In this document: piece after piece, positions 61,141 to 64,000 of the stretch
Position numbering within the stretch: position 1 is the first letter of the stretch
How the letters are laid out: each line of letters opens with the position of its first letter
NCBI RefSeq assembly: GCF_001194135.2
Contig: NC_068995.1
Span: forward strand, 50,677,088 to 50,741,087
Direction: 5' to 3'
DNA length: 64,000 bases
DNA from: Octopus bimaculoides
Taxonomy: Eukaryota
Made by a program: the position numbers and the translations under genes
Notes under the pieces: model-generated
Database searches by the model: none
Told to the model about the DNA's origin: nothing
What the model saw: only the letters and a program-made list of their open reading frames with translations

Positions 61141-62765
61141 CCAACTCTGAAGATTGTTGAAATAACATTTATTTTTACTGAATTTTATTACAACATTTAC
61201 AATATTAATTGAGGCGTCAATATTGTAAAAGTATGTGCTAGAGACACACGTGGTTTGTAATTATATTACAAACAGAAAAGTAGCTCCACACGAGAGGCTG
61301 GAATAATGCTTTGACCCTTTCAGGGTCGATAAATTAAATACCAGTTGCATACTGGGGTCAATCTAATTGAGTGCCCCCACTCCCCAAAAAGTTTGGGTCT
61401 TGTAAAAAAGATTAAAGCTGTCTTTATACATGTCTTATTGCTATTTTCCCCTTTTCTGGCAAGTTATAACGCACCTGAGTACAATTAAACAATAAGTTCA
61501 TTGTATTATATTAGAGCGACTGGTTTTGAAATCTTTGTACAAATTTTAGTCTCTTAGTGTAGAAGTGGACCTACATAAATATGTGTGGAAACAGACATGA
61601 ACATAAATACAATCACAGACACATGCATGTGTGTGTGTGTGTGTATACATATATACTACACATTTATCTATCATAACATTAATATTTTAGAAAGAGAGAG
61701 AGAGAGAGAGAGAGTAAAAAAAATTCCAGGTAAATATTACTTTTGAACCTGTTTCAACCTTCGACGGTGTCACTGAATGTTGTAGTGGTGGTGGTGTCTG
61801 GTAGTAGGGGTAGTGGTGATCAGTGGTTGTAGGGTCAGTGGATGATGGTAGTAGTGGTGCCTATGATGTTGGTGGTGATAGTGTGATTGTTGACCATGGT
61901 GGATGGTTGGTGACGTCATACCGTCATTTGCATGACATTACTCAAGTAATACAGAGAGATTTGTGTCTGTTGACAGAGACAGTTTAAACAAACTGGCAGT
62001 AAATAAAGACATTACTTTTGCCAGCCACTGATTAACCGCCATGTTGCATTGCCAGTGTGTATAACGCTGACAGTTTCACCTGAAATCATTTACCCCTAAT
62101 AACCCCTGAAATACATATTGACATGAAATTCCCATTTTCTACTTTGGCCATGAGAGGAGGGGGGAGGTTTTGGTGGTTGGGGAAAGTCTGGGGGAGTGGA
62201 GGCAGTTTTTGGCAAGTGGGAGAAGGATGCAGGTTTGATCTATTACAGGTGAGGCTTTTTCTCTTTCTTTAAGATTTGTATATGTGTGTATATGTATGGG
62301 TGCATATGAGTGTTTGTTTGTTTGTGTGTGTTTTAATGTTTTCAGTATTTGTTCCACCACAGACGCAAAGGTAATGAATGGACTTGAACTTAAAGATTTT
62401 TGTGGGGGTTTTTTGTTTTTTTTTGTTTTTTGTATATTTGAGCTTCAAGAACTGGTTAAGTTGTATCCTTAAACTCATTCACCCAATTTATAAAAAAAAC
62501 CTCACATATAGACTTTTTATTTTGTGGACAGGGCAAATGGTGCATTCAGTTTATACATACATCTTACAATATCATTCCAATATCACTACCATCCACCACC
62601 ACCATCATCAGTGGTGGGTGGGTAGGGGGGGATGAGAAAATAATAGCAGATTCAGGCAAATTTCTTTACAGTGGCTCACTACATTTTTGGGGGTTCAAAT
62701 CACAGTGACTTCTTTTGTATTTCAGAACATTTAGAGCCACTGTTAGAATAAAAGCTTGTTATAAT

Positions 62766-62855
62766 AGGCGCAGGCATGGCTGTGTGGTAAGAAGCTTGCT
62801 ACCTAACCATATGGTTCCAGTTCCAGTCCCATTGTGTGGTACCTTGAGCAACCAA
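62766..62855 (+). mobile_element. SINE family A head (3'-truncated)
   Basis: AGGCGCAGGCATGGCTGTGTGGTAAGAAGCTTGC...GGTACCTTGAGCAA. Confidence 0.85.
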
Positions 62856-62874
62856 AGATGAGAGAGATTAAGAT

Positions 62875-63032
62875 GGTGAAAATGGGGGCAAGCAGGGCAC
62901 ATGCCCTGGGTGTAATTTTGACCAAGGTAATTTTTTAACAGCCATTTCTATGCGAGTTTCCACTTTTTTTGTTGGGGTGGGGCACAATTCTGATGCTTGC
63001 CCTGGGCACCATTTACCCAGGCTACGCCCCTG
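62875..63032. mobile_element. hAT-like MITE, right half
   Basis: Ends GGCTACGCCCCTG (reverse complement CAGGGGCGTAGCC, a typical hAT-MITE TIR); internal TGCCCTGGG repeats; left TIR missing. Confidence 0.55.
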
Positions 63033-63167
63033 GCTGTCACATCTTGGATGCCTTGCTGGGTGAAAGACAAGACAGGTGAGGTGTCTATGACTACACAAGA
63101 CTACAGAGGTACCCAAAAGAAAGAAAATCAATGAAAGCATGCAGTAATGGCTGTACTGTACTACTAA

Positions 63168-63503
63168 GTGAAGGCTCAGTTGTTAGAGCATCGGGCTCAC
63201 AATCTTGAGGTTGTGAGTTTGATTCCCAGACAAGGCTGTGTGCTGTGTTCTTGAGCAAGACACTTTATTTCATGCTGCTCCAATTCACTCAGCTGGAGAA
63301 AAGAGTTGGGATGTCACTGGAGCCAAGCTGTATCAGTCTTTGCCTTTCCCTTGGATAACATCAATGGCATGGAGAGGGGAGGCTGGCATACATGGGCCAC
63401 TGCTGGTCTTCCATAAACAACCTTACCTGGACTTGTGCTTCGGAGGGGAATTTTCTAGGTGCAATCCCATGGTCATTCATGACCAAAGGGGGTCTTTACC
63501 CTT
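63168..63503 (+). mobile_element. Near full-length tRNA-derived SINE family E
   Basis: GGCTCAGTTGTTAGAGCATCGGGCTCACAATC...GAGTTTGATTCCC head; GTGTTCTTGAGCAAGACACTTTA body; GGGGGTCTTTACCCTT end. Confidence 0.8.
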
Positions 63504-64000
63504 GACTGTCCTACTGTACGTACAGTTCACTCGTTAAATCATACTCACCTTATTCTTGCTTCAGATCTTCTGAACATACCAGCAGCATTCTCTTCTATAA
63601 TCAGCTTCCCTACACATACATAATTCTACCAAAGTTTTTACTAATACAAGACTCATAAAAACATTGATTTTAATTTTTCTTCACTTTTATTTCATTAAAA
63701 AAGGGAATTATGCTTGTTTTTATTATATTTTTATTTATTTATTCTTTATAATACTGGGTTGTTTCTTGACCAAAACTTGCCAGCAAAGCTTTTAAAGCTT
63801 AAAGCCTCCAGTTTTAATGACTTACAGATTTTGGAAGATCATGTGATACAAAAAGATTTTTATTATTTTTTTTAAAATTAAATTTTCATTTTCAAATATT
63901 TTAAGAAACAGAAAAGAAAATATGAGTAAAAAATAAACAATAATGATAAACAAAGGATGAGAAGAGGGAGGGAGGGAGAAGCTAGTTCATACCAGCTGTT

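Overview
AT-rich eukaryotic DNA from a gapped short-read scaffold: ten N-gaps, most flanked by microsatellites or repeats. The repeat families look like those I recall from Octopus genomes (inference, not a database result). I found no protein-coding gene that I can confidently name. Almost all ORFs in the supplied track are artefacts of N-runs, microsatellites or SINEs. The window is dominated by several tRNA-derived or unclassified retroposon families (labelled A-F here), TTAA-flanked piggyBac-like MITEs, hAT-like and Tigger-like MITEs, Helitron/Helentron-like elements, and fossils of a mariner transposase and RTE-like LINEs. The strongest unexplained structure is a mosaic of CpG-depleted domains (about 1-18.6, 24.8-45.8 and 60.4-64 kb) and CpG-retaining domains (about 18.65-24.75 and 45.9-60.3 kb), judged by eye. 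Copies of the same repeat family show CpG decay only in the depleted domains. A housekeeping-type promoter motif cluster lies at about 24.2 kb, at one domain edge. A few low-confidence orphan exons are reported. I see no convincing evidence of a novel biological system. Repeat coordinates are approximate (about +/-10-20 bp) unless TSD/TIR boundaries are quoted.
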